A DNA stretch of 49,696 bases from a virus (IMGVR_UViG_3300037423_000165:1-49696), one strand, 5' to 3'. Counted from the first letter of the stretch, positions 17,432-28,112 are shown. Made by a program: numbers and translations. The notes: generated by a model from the letters alone, not told the origin.

Positions 17432-18644
17432 CGTCCGTGAACGGATCGAAGAGAGTTACGACAGAACATGGAAGCGCGATGGCCCCGGTGACCTGATGGA
17501 AGCATCGTATCCGGGCAATAAGTCTATCCATGATTTTCTGACGGCGGAGGAAGCTCGGGCTCAAGAGGAGAAAATCCTCGGGAGACGGCCTGCCTGCCTC
17601 GATGCAGTCCGAGTTCGCTCGGACGCCGAATTGGACGACGATGTCCCAGATTTCCTTCATACGGCAGCTAAGGCAGGGCCGCCTAGCTTCCCGTCGGATA
17701 CTCCTGTTCTCGATCATCTTGGTCGAACTCCAAAGGAAAGAAAGGAACGCAAAATAATGGATGCAATTGCGCTAGGTGAGAAAGTTCACCCGGCATCCAC
17801 TAACGCCCTCGTCGTCGGCGGCAAAACAATCGATCTTAACAAGCGGGTAATAACGCTGATGAAGGACCACGATCTACAATACCCCGATCTATACATGGCG
17901 GTCTACGTAGCAGGAGACTGGGCCGTTCCAGATGATGAGGCCCGCTTTGCACGACTGTTCTCTCGTTGTGGCTGCTACAAGGCAGACACCGTTGAAGAAG
18001 CAGACTTGGTCGTATTTGGCGGTGGCAGCGACGTCGAACCTTCACTATACGGCGAGGACAACGCCAATATGCATGAGTCGGTCTATTTCAGTAAGGACCG
18101 CGATAATGCAGACATGAAGATTTACACCAAGGCGCTGGAATTAGGCATTCCGATGATGGGCGTATGTCGCGGAGCACAGTTCCTTCACGTCATGAACGGT
18201 GGCAAACTCTATCAGGACGTCAACGGGCACAATGGTGCCCATAAGGCATTCTGTCTGCGCGAGAAGATGCTCATTGAGAATGTCTCATCGGTTCATCATC
18301 AACAGTGCATGTTCAACAAGGAGATGGAAGTCTTGATGACGACTTCTACCGTCTGCACTACCCGCCATATCGACAAGGATAAAACGGACAAGAGACCACG
18401 GCTTGACGTCGAGGCATTCTTCTATCGCGACACCGGCTGCTTTGGCGTCCAAGGACATCCAGAATACGCCAATTACAACAGGTTCTCTGTGTGGTGCATG
18501 GAGACCGTCAGCAATCTATTCCTGACTTCGCCGGACTTTACGTGGGAAGGAAAACGCCTGCGAATGACAAAGGAAGCCCGTGATGCCAAGGCGATTGCCG
18601 CAGCATATATCGAAAACGCTTACAATCAGACCAAGGAGGTATAA
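17352..18644 (+). CDS. Class I glutamine amidotransferase / peptidase C26-like protein
   Basis: FGGGSDV-x-P..YGE, nucleophile elbow GVCRGAQ, SVHHQ, GVQGHPE triad; start uncertain. Confidence 0.9.
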   Translation: MKKPPSAKAKAAKAKREKITGNVTSGDVRERIEESYDRTWKRDGPGDLMEASYPGNKSIHDFLTAEEARAQEEKILGRRPACLDAVRVRSDAELDDDVPDFLHTAAKAGPPSFPSDTPVLDHLGRTPKERKERKIMDAIALGEKVHPASTNALVVGGKTIDLNKRVITLMKDHDLQYPDLYMAVYVAGDWAVPDDEARFARLFSRCGCYKADTVEEADLVVFGGGSDVEPSLYGEDNANMHESVYFSKDRDNADMKIYTKALELGIPMMGVCRGAQFLHVMNGGKLYQDVNGHNGAHKAFCLREKMLIENVSSVHHQQCMFNKEMEVLMTTSTVCTTRHIDKDKTDKRPRLDVEAFFYRDTGCFGVQGHPEYANYNRFSVWCMETVSNLFLTSPDFTWEGKRLRMTKEARDAKAIAAAYIENAYNQTKEV

Positions 18645-19892
18645 ATGTGTGGCATCGTGGGTATCGCGGGTAATCTATTCTCGCGAGAAGAGATGACCAT
18701 GAAGCGACTGTTGTTGCTGGACAGTCTTCGCGGCATGGACTCTACCGGCATGGCAGCAGTCAGGATGGGAGGAAAATACGTCGTAACATCGAAGAAGGCA
18801 TCTCACTGTTTCAATCTCTTCGATGCGAAGAGTTTCTGTGACGCCTTGAACGGAATATCTAGCCTTGCCTTCATTGGGCACAATCGTTCGGCGACGGTCG
18901 GTGGCATCAAGGATGTCAACGCCCATCCTTTCCAGATCGATCATATCACAGGCGTCCATAATGGAACTCTCGAAGATAGCGACAAGCGACTGCTTGAAGA
19001 TATCGTCGGCGAGAAGTTCAATACCGACTCCGAAGCTCTATTCGCAGCTATCGCCAAAATCGGGGTGAAAGAAGTCATTCCGAAAATCACGAAGGGCAAG
19101 GATATGGCGAAGGGAGCGTGGAGTCTTGTCTGGTGGGATACCACTGATATGACGCTGAACTTCCTTCGGAACGAACATCGTCCTATGTGGTATTGCTATT
19201 CCGACGACTTCAAGCAAATCTTCTGGGCATCTGAATTCTGGATGCTCGATGCTGCCTTGCAGAAGTCAGGAAACTACTCTCTCTTCAAGAAGCAGTCCAC
19301 CAAGGACCCGGAGAAGAGTTTCCGGTTCTTCCAGACCGATCCCGACGTCCTGTATTCAGTGAATGTCGAGAAATTGGCGAAGGGCGGAAAAGACCGCCCT
19401 AAGCTCTCTGTCACAAAGCTAGCTGGGAAGGAGCCGGTGGCGGCTGCGCCCGGCGCCCCTTTCGTATTCAGGGGGACTTCGCAACAGCATGGGAGCGGAT
19501 GTGGCAACGGCACAACGAGCGGCACCCATACGCCGCTCTCGAAGAGGAATACCAAGACAACGACGACCCTCAAGAATACCTTATCCGCTAAGGACGGAGG
19601 GTCAATTACTCTTTACGGCGATCTTCAACGGCCATATGCTGGCTATTACAACCGGCAGGGTTTCCACTTCCTAGGCACCGCCTATAGCGGAAGGTCTAAC
19701 GGACCGGAATGCAGTTGGTGCCATGAAACAGTTCCGTATGGCCAACCGGGGTTGACGATTTACAGTCGGGATAACGTCATCCTCTGTGCGAAATGCTCCG
19801 GGCACAATCCGACGGAGTTCACGCTGACGTCAGATTTCGCCCCTGCCACACGGATTTACGTCCCGAAGCTTGAATTCCAGAAATTTCTATAG
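18645..19892 (+). CDS. Class II (Ntn) glutamine amidotransferase
   Basis: N-terminal MCGIVG, RGMDSTG, GHNRSATVG, NAHPF, HNG, TDSE; C-terminal CxxC...CxxC. Confidence 0.93.
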   Translation: MCGIVGIAGNLFSREEMTMKRLLLLDSLRGMDSTGMAAVRMGGKYVVTSKKASHCFNLFDAKSFCDALNGISSLAFIGHNRSATVGGIKDVNAHPFQIDHITGVHNGTLEDSDKRLLEDIVGEKFNTDSEALFAAIAKIGVKEVIPKITKGKDMAKGAWSLVWWDTTDMTLNFLRNEHRPMWYCYSDDFKQIFWASEFWMLDAALQKSGNYSLFKKQSTKDPEKSFRFFQTDPDVLYSVNVEKLAKGGKDRPKLSVTKLAGKEPVAAAPGAPFVFRGTSQQHGSGCGNGTTSGTHTPLSKRNTKTTTTLKNTLSAKDGGSITLYGDLQRPYAGYYNRQGFHFLGTAYSGRSNGPECSWCHETVPYGQPGLTIYSRDNVILCAKCSGHNPTEFTLTSDFAPATRIYVPKLEFQKFL

Positions 19893-19899
19893 GTGAGCC

Positions 19900-20940
19900 A
19901 TGAAGAAAGTTGTTATTTATCCAGACGGAAAATATCAGTATGTTAATACTGCGACGGGTAAAGTCGTTAACTACGAGACTTATTCCGCTTGGAAGCATTC
20001 GGTTCAATACAGTTCCCTTATCCCGGTAGTCGATCACTATGGAAATCCAATTACCACACCAGCCGCTATGAAAAAAATGGCGATCGATACCTCTGACATC
20101 CTTAAGGCCCGCCCGAACTTCTTGTTCGGCGCCGACCCGGAAGGCTTCGTCGTCGATAAGAATGGCAAGGCTGTCGCCCCATCTTTCATCCCCGGAACGA
20201 AGGAAGAGCCGTATAAAGTCGATGGAGGCGCAATCCAACGCGACGGCATGGCGGCAGAATTCAACGTCGATGCCGCGAATACCTTCCGAGAATGGAACTC
20301 GAACTTCGAGAAGGTCCTGAAGGCGCTCGACGGTTTCCTGCCGAAAGACCACACGATGTCTTGGGTTCCGTCGGTGGAATTCGATCCGGAAGTTTTCGAT
20401 AACGCCCCGGATGACTTCAAGGAGCTCGGCTGTTCCCCCGACTGGAATGCGTGGGAGGAAAACCTCAATCCGCCTCCGTATTGCGAGGATAAGCCTTATC
20501 TTCGGACTGCTTCCGGTCACATCCACATCGGGTGGGGGGAGAATTACTCTCTGGATGATGCCCTTCATCAGCGTAACTGCTTCGATTTCGTCAAGCAACT
20601 CGACTGGTATCTCGGCGGCTGGTCCCTTAAGTATGACTCCGATCCTCTTCGCCGTTCTCTATACGGCAGAGCCGGGGCCTGCCGCCTGAAGACTTATGGC
20701 GTCGAATACCGCGTTCTCAGTAACTTCTGGATTGTCAATGAGTCTCGACGGAAGTCCGTCTGGAACCGTATGCAGCTTGCAATCCGGGCAATGGAGGAGC
20801 GTTTCATGCCGGAGCGAGCCCCTTCGGACTTCAACGCCAAGCTGATCGAAGCCATTAACACCGGAACAATGGAGGATGACTTCAAGAAGGCTTGTCGATT
20901 TCCATTTCAAACAGTTAGCGCAGCCCAAGCTAGCTTCTGA
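19900..20940 (+). CDS. phiEco32-like COOH-NH2 ligase type 2
   Basis: GADPE-x-F, DGMAAEFN, GCSPDWNAW, RTASGHIHIG, RRSLYG, GVEYRVLSNFW. Confidence 0.9.
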   Translation: MKKVVIYPDGKYQYVNTATGKVVNYETYSAWKHSVQYSSLIPVVDHYGNPITTPAAMKKMAIDTSDILKARPNFLFGADPEGFVVDKNGKAVAPSFIPGTKEEPYKVDGGAIQRDGMAAEFNVDAANTFREWNSNFEKVLKALDGFLPKDHTMSWVPSVEFDPEVFDNAPDDFKELGCSPDWNAWEENLNPPPYCEDKPYLRTASGHIHIGWGENYSLDDALHQRNCFDFVKQLDWYLGGWSLKYDSDPLRRSLYGRAGACRLKTYGVEYRVLSNFWIVNESRRKSVWNRMQLAIRAMEERFMPERAPSDFNAKLIEAINTGTMEDDFKKACRFPFQTVSAAQASF

Positions 20941-20957
20941 GTGACGCAGGAGGATTT

Positions 20958-21752
20958 ATGCAATACAAGAATTTCTACGAGAACGCAAAGGAGGCAAATC
21001 TTCGCTTGCGTAGCACTGTCATCTGGTATGACGGGCCGGGTGAGAAGGGACCGTATTTCGTCCTCGGTATCTGCGATCACAGCAGCGGTGATCTTAAGAT
21101 TTACATGAAGAAACTGGGGCAGAAATATATGAATATCCCCAGTGTCCTTCCTCCGAATGAACAATATGGCACTGAAATCACAAGTCTCGGCAGCCATATG
21201 GATAAGTTCATGAAGGACTATCCTTCGTTCAATATGGTCCGCAAGGACCTGTCTTCGCCCCATTTTCGCGGATTTCGACCATTCCCGCTCGGCATGATGA
21301 ACGAAACGACAAAGAATAAGAGCGGCAAGCCGGTCGATTGTGAGACGTTATTCATTGAACGACAGCCTAATCGCAATACGCAGCAAGGGCTAATCAAGAC
21401 GATGCTCTTCATTACACCTGTTACGGCTGCCGCCAGTAAGGTTAGTCCGGCTACTCATAACTTTAATTTGTGGTCGGAAGATTTCTATGCATGTATCATG
21501 GGAGATTATCCATCCATCGATACGTGCATCAGCAATATGCGTGATCCGAATATCGCCAACGAGGCGGCGGCATTCCATCGTAACTTCGCTATCGTTCGGG
21601 GTCCGATCGGGATGCTCTTCCTGTCGTATAAGGGCGATATCGTCGGGGTTCTGGACAATAAGAACCTCTCGCAAATCACCGTCGATAACGAATTCAAATA
21701 TACGAAGGAAGCCATCGCCGAACTCCATATGTTCGGTAATATCAAGTCGTAA
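20958..21752 (+). CDS. Hypothetical protein within the amidoligase cluster
   Basis: 264 aa, AGGAGG RBS; PFPLG-x-x-N and R-x-P-x-R..QQGL motifs. Confidence 0.75.
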   Translation: MQYKNFYENAKEANLRLRSTVIWYDGPGEKGPYFVLGICDHSSGDLKIYMKKLGQKYMNIPSVLPPNEQYGTEITSLGSHMDKFMKDYPSFNMVRKDLSSPHFRGFRPFPLGMMNETTKNKSGKPVDCETLFIERQPNRNTQQGLIKTMLFITPVTAAASKVSPATHNFNLWSEDFYACIMGDYPSIDTCISNMRDPNIANEAAAFHRNFAIVRGPIGMLFLSYKGDIVGVLDNKNLSQITVDNEFKYTKEAIAELHMFGNIKS

Positions 21753-21776
21753 GCTAGTCTTACTCAAGTCGTAATC

Positions 21777-21794
21777 TTGGCACTCAAGTGCCAA
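21777..21794. promoter_or_regulatory. 18-bp palindromic box, copy 6
   Basis: Exact copy upstream of the amidoligase gene. Confidence 0.8.
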
Positions 21795-21811
21795 TAGAAA
21801 AGGAATAGCTC

Positions 21812-22942
21812 GTGGGTTCTAACATCTTCGTTCAGCGTTCTGCCCAAGAGACGCCGGGCCTTAACATCGCCTTTCTTCTTGGGTTGGGAGAGAAGGTCTT
21901 CCAGAAAGGAGAAGTCGGCATCGAGATTGAAGTCGAAGGGAAAAATCTCCCCGGCGTCAGTCATGAGCCTCCGCCTTCTCCGTGGCTTTACAAGCCAGAT
22001 CATTCTCTACGGGGAGAGGAGAATGGCGAGTATGTCTTGAAGAAGGCTATCACCTTCAAGGAGGTTCCGCAGACACTCAGCAAGCTCTGGGATGCCTTCG
22101 AGACAGCCAAGACGAAGTTCGACGACTCCAATCGGACTTCGGTTCATATCCACCTGAACTGTCAGCGGTGGCACATCAACCGACTAGCGGCATTCTCGGC
22201 GCTTCACTTCATTCTCGAAGACGTCTTGACGGAGTGGTGCGGTGCCCATCGCGTCGGCAACCTATTCTGCCTTCGTGCCAGAGACGCCGGAGCCATTATC
22301 ACCTATCTGAAGAACTTCATCGAGGCAGATGGGAACATTCCGCTCCCCGACGGCCTTCACTATGCCGGATTTAACGTCCAAGCTCTTCAGAAGTTCGGTT
22401 CGGTGGAAGTGCGGACGCTTCGTGGCGTATCCGATCCTAATGTAATTCAGGATTGGGTGGCTATCTACGAGCGGCTGTATTCTCTGTCGGGGGACTTCAA
22501 GGACCCAACTGAGATTTGCGATTGGTTCTCGGCGGAAGGACCGACTGCCTTCTTCTCAAGGGCCCTCGGACCAATGGCGAGCGTCGTCAGGAACGGCGTA
22601 ACCATGACTGACGAAGAGATTTCGGACAGCATGTATGCCGGTATTCGAAGGGCTCAGGATATCGCCTTCTGTCGGGATTGGTCGTTGTTCAAGAAGCTCG
22701 ATATTTCCGACAATCCTTTCGGGCTTAGCAAGAAGAAGCTCGTTGAGAAAGCAATGGCGGCTAACGGATACTCGGAAGACGTCGAACCTGACTATCCGGG
22801 AGAACCGGTGCCAGAATATGACGACATAGAGCTTACTATGGCGTCTCCGGCGTCCCCTCAGAGTTTGGCGTCATTTTATTTCAGTAACCCAAATACATTT
22901 CTGTCAGGGGGAAGTGCCTCACCCTCTGGTTGGTCAGAATAA
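21812..22942 (+). CDS. Putative amidoligase (Amidoligase_2 family)
   Basis: GIEIEVE, D-x-SL, EYV, RTSVHIHLN, N...KFGSVEVR. Confidence 0.88.
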   Translation: MGSNIFVQRSAQETPGLNIAFLLGLGEKVFQKGEVGIEIEVEGKNLPGVSHEPPPSPWLYKPDHSLRGEENGEYVLKKAITFKEVPQTLSKLWDAFETAKTKFDDSNRTSVHIHLNCQRWHINRLAAFSALHFILEDVLTEWCGAHRVGNLFCLRARDAGAIITYLKNFIEADGNIPLPDGLHYAGFNVQALQKFGSVEVRTLRGVSDPNVIQDWVAIYERLYSLSGDFKDPTEICDWFSAEGPTAFFSRALGPMASVVRNGVTMTDEEISDSMYAGIRRAQDIAFCRDWSLFKKLDISDNPFGLSKKKLVEKAMAANGYSEDVEPDYPGEPVPEYDDIELTMASPASPQSLASFYFSNPNTFLSGGSASPSGWSE

Positions 22943-22969
22943 CGAGGCTAATAGAAGATGGAGTGTGAA

Positions 22970-23911
22970 ATGAGCAAGTTTTGGATTTTCCCGTATGCGC
23001 AGGGCTCCGAAGGAGCTAAGCTTCTTGCCGAAGAACTCGGCTGCAAGCGCATCCTCCGCGAAGGCTCGACCTTCAAGAAGAAACCGGATGATGTCGTCAT
23101 CAACTGGGGGGCATCCGACTGCCCGGCGAATTACGATGCCTTGAACAAGAACGTTAAGAGCATTCTGAACAAGAAGACGTTCTTCGAACGGCTAAAGGGG
23201 ACCGATCTGACTCCGAAGTTCGCAACGAACAAGCTCGATGCGGCGGACAACCTCGGCTTCCCGATCATCTGTCGGACTAAGCTCGAAGGCAAGGATGGGG
23301 AAGGCATCGTCATCGCCGAGAAATTCAGTCAGCTCGTCGAGGCGAAACTCTATACGCAATACGAGGACAAGACGTCCGAGTATCGTGTCCATGTCGGTCG
23401 TGGTCCGACGGGCTATGTCGTCATCGGCGCTCAGAAGAAGCTCAAGAAGCTTCAGCCCGAGGGCAGCAATCTCAGCCCCGATCCCCGCCTGATGGTCGGT
23501 GATGACCACGGGCTCGTCTGGACGGTCAATGGGCAACCTTGTCACATCCCCGCACAGGTGTCGGATTGTGTCAAGAATGCGTTCGAGAAATTCCCCGAAC
23601 TCACCTTCGCAGCATTCGACGTCATCTACAACAACTCCACCGGCAAGGCGTATGTCCTCGAAGCCAATTCGGCACCGATGGGAACTCCGGAGACAATGAA
23701 GCGTTATGCAAAGTTCTTCCGATCTCTCTACCCGAATGCATCTTCAAGCTCAGCGGGAGCAGCGGCTGCGCCAGCAGCAAGTCCGGCTGTTTCGGCACCT
23801 GTGTCAAGCTCCGGCTCCGGAACACCTAACGGAGTCATCCCCACTATCAACTACGAACAGGTAGTGGCAGCGCAGCAGATCATCAATGCCTACATCCAGC
23901 AGCACAGTTAG
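22970..23911 (+). CDS. ATP-grasp amidoligase
   Basis: VINWG, NK..F, G-x-x-G-x-GI, EYRVHV, AFDVIY, VLEANSAP. Confidence 0.88.
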   Translation: MSKFWIFPYAQGSEGAKLLAEELGCKRILREGSTFKKKPDDVVINWGASDCPANYDALNKNVKSILNKKTFFERLKGTDLTPKFATNKLDAADNLGFPIICRTKLEGKDGEGIVIAEKFSQLVEAKLYTQYEDKTSEYRVHVGRGPTGYVVIGAQKKLKKLQPEGSNLSPDPRLMVGDDHGLVWTVNGQPCHIPAQVSDCVKNAFEKFPELTFAAFDVIYNNSTGKAYVLEANSAPMGTPETMKRYAKFFRSLYPNASSSSAGAAAAPAASPAVSAPVSSSGSGTPNGVIPTINYEQVVAAQQIINAYIQQHS

Positions 23912-24252
23912 GATCAGCGGCCTGACGATGACGGAGGCGAGCAGGGTTATCGCTCGCCTCCACTTCATGCAGAAAATCGGAGTCCTTTCAAAGGAGATAA
24001 AAATTGAAAGACATCGCGAAGATATTGAAGACGGCTTGGCCGTTGAACGCCCCCGACACCTCCAATTCACGGGACTATAACCATGCTATTCGCCTTAACA
24101 GCACCCTTGGTGCCTCAGAAGGAGCCGTGCCGCTGCCGGGTGTGCCGGAGCGACCTCTGTGACATCGTTCCCTGCGAGTTGCAGGATGCAATCGAGTTTA
24201 CGGTTCAATATTCTGCCGAAGAGATTGAGCAGATTACGAAAGGAATGGAAGA

Positions 24253-24609
24253 ATGAGCAAGTTCAGAGTCGGTGAGACCTACGACAACAAGTCAGGCGAG
24301 CGCGTCCGTATCATCTGCGATGACGCCGGTATCGTATTTTATGACAAGATTTGCAATCTAGTCGGAGTAGTTACCCGTAAGAACGGCCGTAACCCGAGCG
24401 TCGTTCTTTACTATGATGATGACGGTAATTACTCTGCAAGCACAGCACCCTCTTACGCTATTCACAGTCTCATTTCCAACGAGCCAAGCGAAGAAGAACT
24501 AGCTCTTATCGAGAGCTTGAATGCACTCGCTTCCGGCAGCATCACGGAACGTGACCGTCAGGCCGAGATGCTAAAGGTCATTCGTCAGCTTCGGAACGGA
24601 AAGAAGTAA
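24253..24609 (+). CDS. Hypothetical protein
   Basis: 118 aa ORF in a run of short coupled genes. Confidence 0.65.
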   Translation: MSKFRVGETYDNKSGERVRIICDDAGIVFYDKICNLVGVVTRKNGRNPSVVLYYDDDGNYSASTAPSYAIHSLISNEPSEEELALIESLNALASGSITERDRQAEMLKVIRQLRNGKK

Positions 24610-24826
24610 TGGAGCATCCAGTTCGACATACCGTCGTCTTCGGACTTCTCGCCCTCGCCACTATCGGCGTAATCATGGGGATGTAAATGACGCAGCGTAA
24701 CACCGAAGAACGCAAGGCTGAATTGAAGGCAAGGCGGGAGCGGCAACGTTCCCGTCAGCCCGACCGTGACGCCCGGCTGGTTTACTTCTCGAAGAACAGC
24801 CTCCCCGAATACAAGAAGGATTGAGT

Positions 24827-25156
24827 ATGAAGAAAGCCAAGCTGCCTGATAAGAAAATGGTCAAGCGCTACAGCGATAATCTTGATTGGGATTTGGATGG
24901 ACTTACTATCCCTGAGGCGCAAAATCTGCTGTCCGAAAGAGAGAGATATCTATTTGAGAAATATCCTGATGCTGAAGTAAGACTCTCCTACGACCCCCAA
25001 GAGTGGGAAAATGGGTATGAGTTGAACATCGTTGCTCAGACTCTCGAAACTGACGAGGAATATGATAAACGTGTAGCCCTTATAAAAGAACAAGAGGCGG
25101 CGAGATTTGATAGAGAGCGTAAGGAATACGAACGGCTAGCTCGCAAGTTTGGTTAG
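24827..25156 (+). CDS. Hypothetical protein
   Basis: AAGGA RBS; acidic with a C-terminal coiled coil. Confidence 0.65.
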   Translation: MKKAKLPDKKMVKRYSDNLDWDLDGLTIPEAQNLLSERERYLFEKYPDAEVRLSYDPQEWENGYELNIVAQTLETDEEYDKRVALIKEQEAARFDRERKEYERLARKFG

Positions 25157-25170
25157 AGAAAGGACTGACT

Positions 25171-25542
25171 GTGCTATGGTTACTTCTGGCACTGTTTACA
25201 AAGCACCTAATCTTCGACTTCCTGTATCAGCCGCCGTATCAGTGGATGAACAAGGGGACATACGGGCATCCGGGCGGTGTCGTTCATGCCGGACAACACT
25301 CACTTGCAACAATGGCGATATTGTTTGCATCGACTCTCTTTGCTTTTCCTGTTACGTTCAAAGCGATTTGTGCGATTGCGGTTAGCGAGTTCGTCGTCCA
25401 CTACCACATGGACTGGTTCAAAATGTGGTATAATAAGAAGAAGGGTTGGGCCTGTAACACTCATCCTGAGTTCTGGTATCTCACTGGCATCGACCAGTTC
25501 GTTCACTCAATTACTTATCTGGGTATAGCAGCCCTAGTTTGA
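25171..25542 (+). CDS. DUF3307-like membrane protein
   Basis: KH-x-x-x-DF-x-x-Q, H-x-x-x-H, HY-x-x-DW-x-K and G-x-DQ-x-x-H pattern. Confidence 0.8.
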   Translation: MLWLLLALFTKHLIFDFLYQPPYQWMNKGTYGHPGGVVHAGQHSLATMAILFASTLFAFPVTFKAICAIAVSEFVVHYHMDWFKMWYNKKKGWACNTHPEFWYLTGIDQFVHSITYLGIAALV

Positions 25543-25600
25543 TAGTATCAATCCGGGTGGGATGCGTATGAAGGCCCACCATAGCTGTAAGGAACACCAT

Positions 25601-25816
25601 ATGCGTTGCCATATCTGTGACCGGCTCTTGGACGAGCCGAAGATGAACCCCGATATCGGTGAGTTCGACCCATGCCCTACCTGCATGGCGGTGATAGATG
25701 ATGCCGTAGGCACCTTCACCGAGAAGCCCGCAGCAGACGAGGGTGCCCTAGGCATCGACCCCCTGTGGGACGAAATCTTCCCCCCAATGTATGACCCCTT
25801 TGAGGCAGCCGAATGA
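25601..25816 (+). CDS. Small zinc-ribbon protein
   Basis: MRCHICD...CPTC with AAGGA RBS. Confidence 0.65.
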   Translation: MRCHICDRLLDEPKMNPDIGEFDPCPTCMAVIDDAVGTFTEKPAADEGALGIDPLWDEIFPPMYDPFEAAE

Positions 25817-25962
25817 CTGCCCCGCAGACCGACACAGAAGACGATTGGAGTGACTTCTGGGACGATGACCAAGAGGTCCACGAACCCACAGTCACCACTT
25901 GTCCCGGTTGCCCTTGCCCCGTAACTGGGCCGGGCGCTTGCTTCTGTGATTGAAAATAGTTC

Positions 25963-25990
25963 TTGACAAAACTCAAAAAGAGGGTATAAT
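25963..25990 (+). promoter_or_regulatory. Sigma70-type promoter upstream of the replication genes
   Basis: TTGACA-16 nt-TATAAT. Confidence 0.8.
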
Positions 25991-26069
25991 AAACTATAGG
26001 TTGCAAGCGGTAAACCTATTATATCCCCTCTAAGCATGTGAGCCTTGCTCACTACAGAATGGAGGCGGA

Positions 26070-26300
26070 ATGCCTAATCCAAATGAACTACAGAGGCTTC
26101 ATGAAGAAGCCCTGCACGAAGAGAGGGAGACTATTATTTCCTCCCTCAAATCAGGTAACCTTCCCCGCTACTTCATCAGTCGTGGCGGTGTCCCTGACAA
26201 GGGCACTAAGGCCCTGAAGGAAGGTATGCTTCGTCGTCTCCGAGAAATCGAGAACGAACTGGGCATTCAGTCGAAACCATATAACAGCACGGAGTTTTAA
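26070..26300 (+). CDS. Hypothetical protein
   Basis: GGAGG RBS; first ORF after the promoter. Confidence 0.65.
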   Translation: MPNPNELQRLHEEALHEERETIISSLKSGNLPRYFISRGGVPDKGTKALKEGMLRRLREIENELGIQSKPYNSTEF

Positions 26301-26450
26301 ATTTGCTGCCATTCAGCCCTGAAGGGGCAATAAAATTCCTCGAAGAAGCTGCTAAGTATTTCTCCAATCGCCCTGTCAACGGAGAAGACAGCGCCTACTG
26401 GGCTAATGTCTACAACGCCGAATGGTGCAAAAGAATTGCGAAATACATAA

Positions 26451-28112
26451 GTGAGCAGTAAATTCGTAGAACACGGACCGTGTGAAGTATGCGGTTCATC
26501 AGATGCAGTCGGGTGGTATTCAGATGGTCACGGAGTTTGCTTCTCCTGTAACCGATACTACCCGACATATGACCCTAGAACAGAAGAGACAAATCTATTG
26601 TCCGAAACACAACCACTACAGAAGAATATCACCCCTCTTGCTACTGTCTTCCGTGCACTCCCTAAGCGAGGCATTTCAGAAGACGCAGTCAAGAAGTATG
26701 GCATCGATGTCTGCATGGACGCAGATAAAGATGTCGCCCACCGCTATCCATTCTTCAAGGATGGACAGCATGTCGCCAATCAAATCCGAAAGCGAAGTGC
26801 TAAAGGTTTTTACTGGGAAGGAAATCCCAAGGATGCCGAACTCTTCGGTCAACACCTATTTCCCAAGGGCGGACGAGCTATCACCATCGTCGAAGGTGCT
26901 CTTGATGCCCCCTCCGCGTGGATACTTTTGGGTAGTCGTTATCCTGTCGTTGCTGCTATCAGCGCAGCAGGTGCTTTCGAACAGTGCAAAGCCCAATACG
27001 AATATCTTGATAGCTTCGAAGACATTGTAATCTGCTTCGACAAAGATGAAGCAAAGAAGCGTCCAGATGGTTCGTCGTATTATCCCGGTCAGGAAGCGGC
27101 CAAGAAGGTGGCGGAACTATTCGCTCCTGGCAAGGCTCGCATATTGACTCTTCAGGAAGGCAAGGACCCAAATGAATACCGACAGAAAGGCATCGACCCT
27201 AAGGTCTTCGTCAACGAGTGGTATCGAGCACCAAAGTTCAAGCCCGACGGTCTTATCCCCGGCACAGATATGTGGGATAGAATTACAAATCGGCCAACAC
27301 ACTTTCAAACGCCATATCCATTCGCGGGGCTTAACAAGCTTACTTATGGCCTTAGGCTTTCCGAGTTTGTCGTCATTAACGCCCAGACTGGTGTCGGTAA
27401 GACTTCACTTTTAAAGGAAATCGAATATGGCATTCTCATGCATCCCGAAGTTAGAGAAAAAGGCTACGGTATCGGCTTCCTCCACTTGGAAGAGTTGGAC
27501 TCTGACTTGGCCCTCGGGCTTATGTCTATCCATGCTAATAAACGCTTCGGCCTCCCCGATACGGAAGCATCGGAGAGTGAGCTTCGTGAAGCATTCAAGG
27601 AAGTTATCGACACGAACAGAGTTATTATTTACGACCACTTCGGTTCGAACGAAATCGACGCTATCGTCGCCAAAGTCCGGCACATGGCTGCCCTCGGTTG
27701 TAAATATATCGTTCTCGACCACTTGAGTATCGTCGTTTCAGACCAGTCCGGCGATGAAAGGAAACAGCTCGATGAAATTTCTACCAAGCTTAAAACCCTT
27801 TGTATGGAAGCCAACATCGCACTTATCGCTGTCATTCATCAAAATCGGCAAGGACAAATTCGTGGCACTGCGGGTGTTGAACAGTTGGCGAATATCGTTC
27901 TACGTCTGGAACGCGACCTCTCTTCCTCTGACCCGTGGCGTCGAAATGTCACTAAGGTTTGGTGCGAAAAAAATAGGTTTTGTGGCCGAACGGGTCCCGC
28001 CTCTTGGCTCTTCTTCGACGACATCACGGGTCGGATGCAAGAACTCGACGAAGCAGCCATTACGAAATACGAAGAAGGACAGACATTGAATGACTCAGAT
28101 TTCCCGTTCTGA
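26451..28112 (+). CDS. DNA primase-helicase (T7 gp4-like)
   Basis: Zinc finger CEVCGSSD...CFSC, TOPRIM IVEGALDA / CFDKD / KDPNE, Walker A AQTGVGKT, LDHL, KNRF. Confidence 0.96.
   Translation: MSSKFVEHGPCEVCGSSDAVGWYSDGHGVCFSCNRYYPTYDPRTEETNLLSETQPLQKNITPLATVFRALPKRGISEDAVKKYGIDVCMDADKDVAHRYPFFKDGQHVANQIRKRSAKGFYWEGNPKDAELFGQHLFPKGGRAITIVEGALDAPSAWILLGSRYPVVAAISAAGAFEQCKAQYEYLDSFEDIVICFDKDEAKKRPDGSSYYPGQEAAKKVAELFAPGKARILTLQEGKDPNEYRQKGIDPKVFVNEWYRAPKFKPDGLIPGTDMWDRITNRPTHFQTPYPFAGLNKLTYGLRLSEFVVINAQTGVGKTSLLKEIEYGILMHPEVREKGYGIGFLHLEELDSDLALGLMSIHANKRFGLPDTEASESELREAFKEVIDTNRVIIYDHFGSNEIDAIVAKVRHMAALGCKYIVLDHLSIVVSDQSGDERKQLDEISTKLKTLCMEANIALIAVIHQNRQGQIRGTAGVEQLANIVLRLERDLSSSDPWRRNVTKVWCEKNRFCGRTGPASWLFFDDITGRMQELDEAAITKYEEGQTLNDSDFPF

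Noticed and set aside
19819-20598. Long antisense or overlapping ORFs (19819..20598 -, 9108..9764 +, 4200..4766 -, 16883..17314 -)
   Set aside because: No recognisable motifs; the first three are shadows of well-supported genes, and the last runs against the arm's transcription direction.
8655-21794. CRISPR array or recombination sites formed by the palindromic boxes
   Set aside because: Copies are hundreds to thousands of bases apart with genes between them. No cas operon or integrase is present, and the Cas4-like nuclease is a common stand-alone phage exonuclease.
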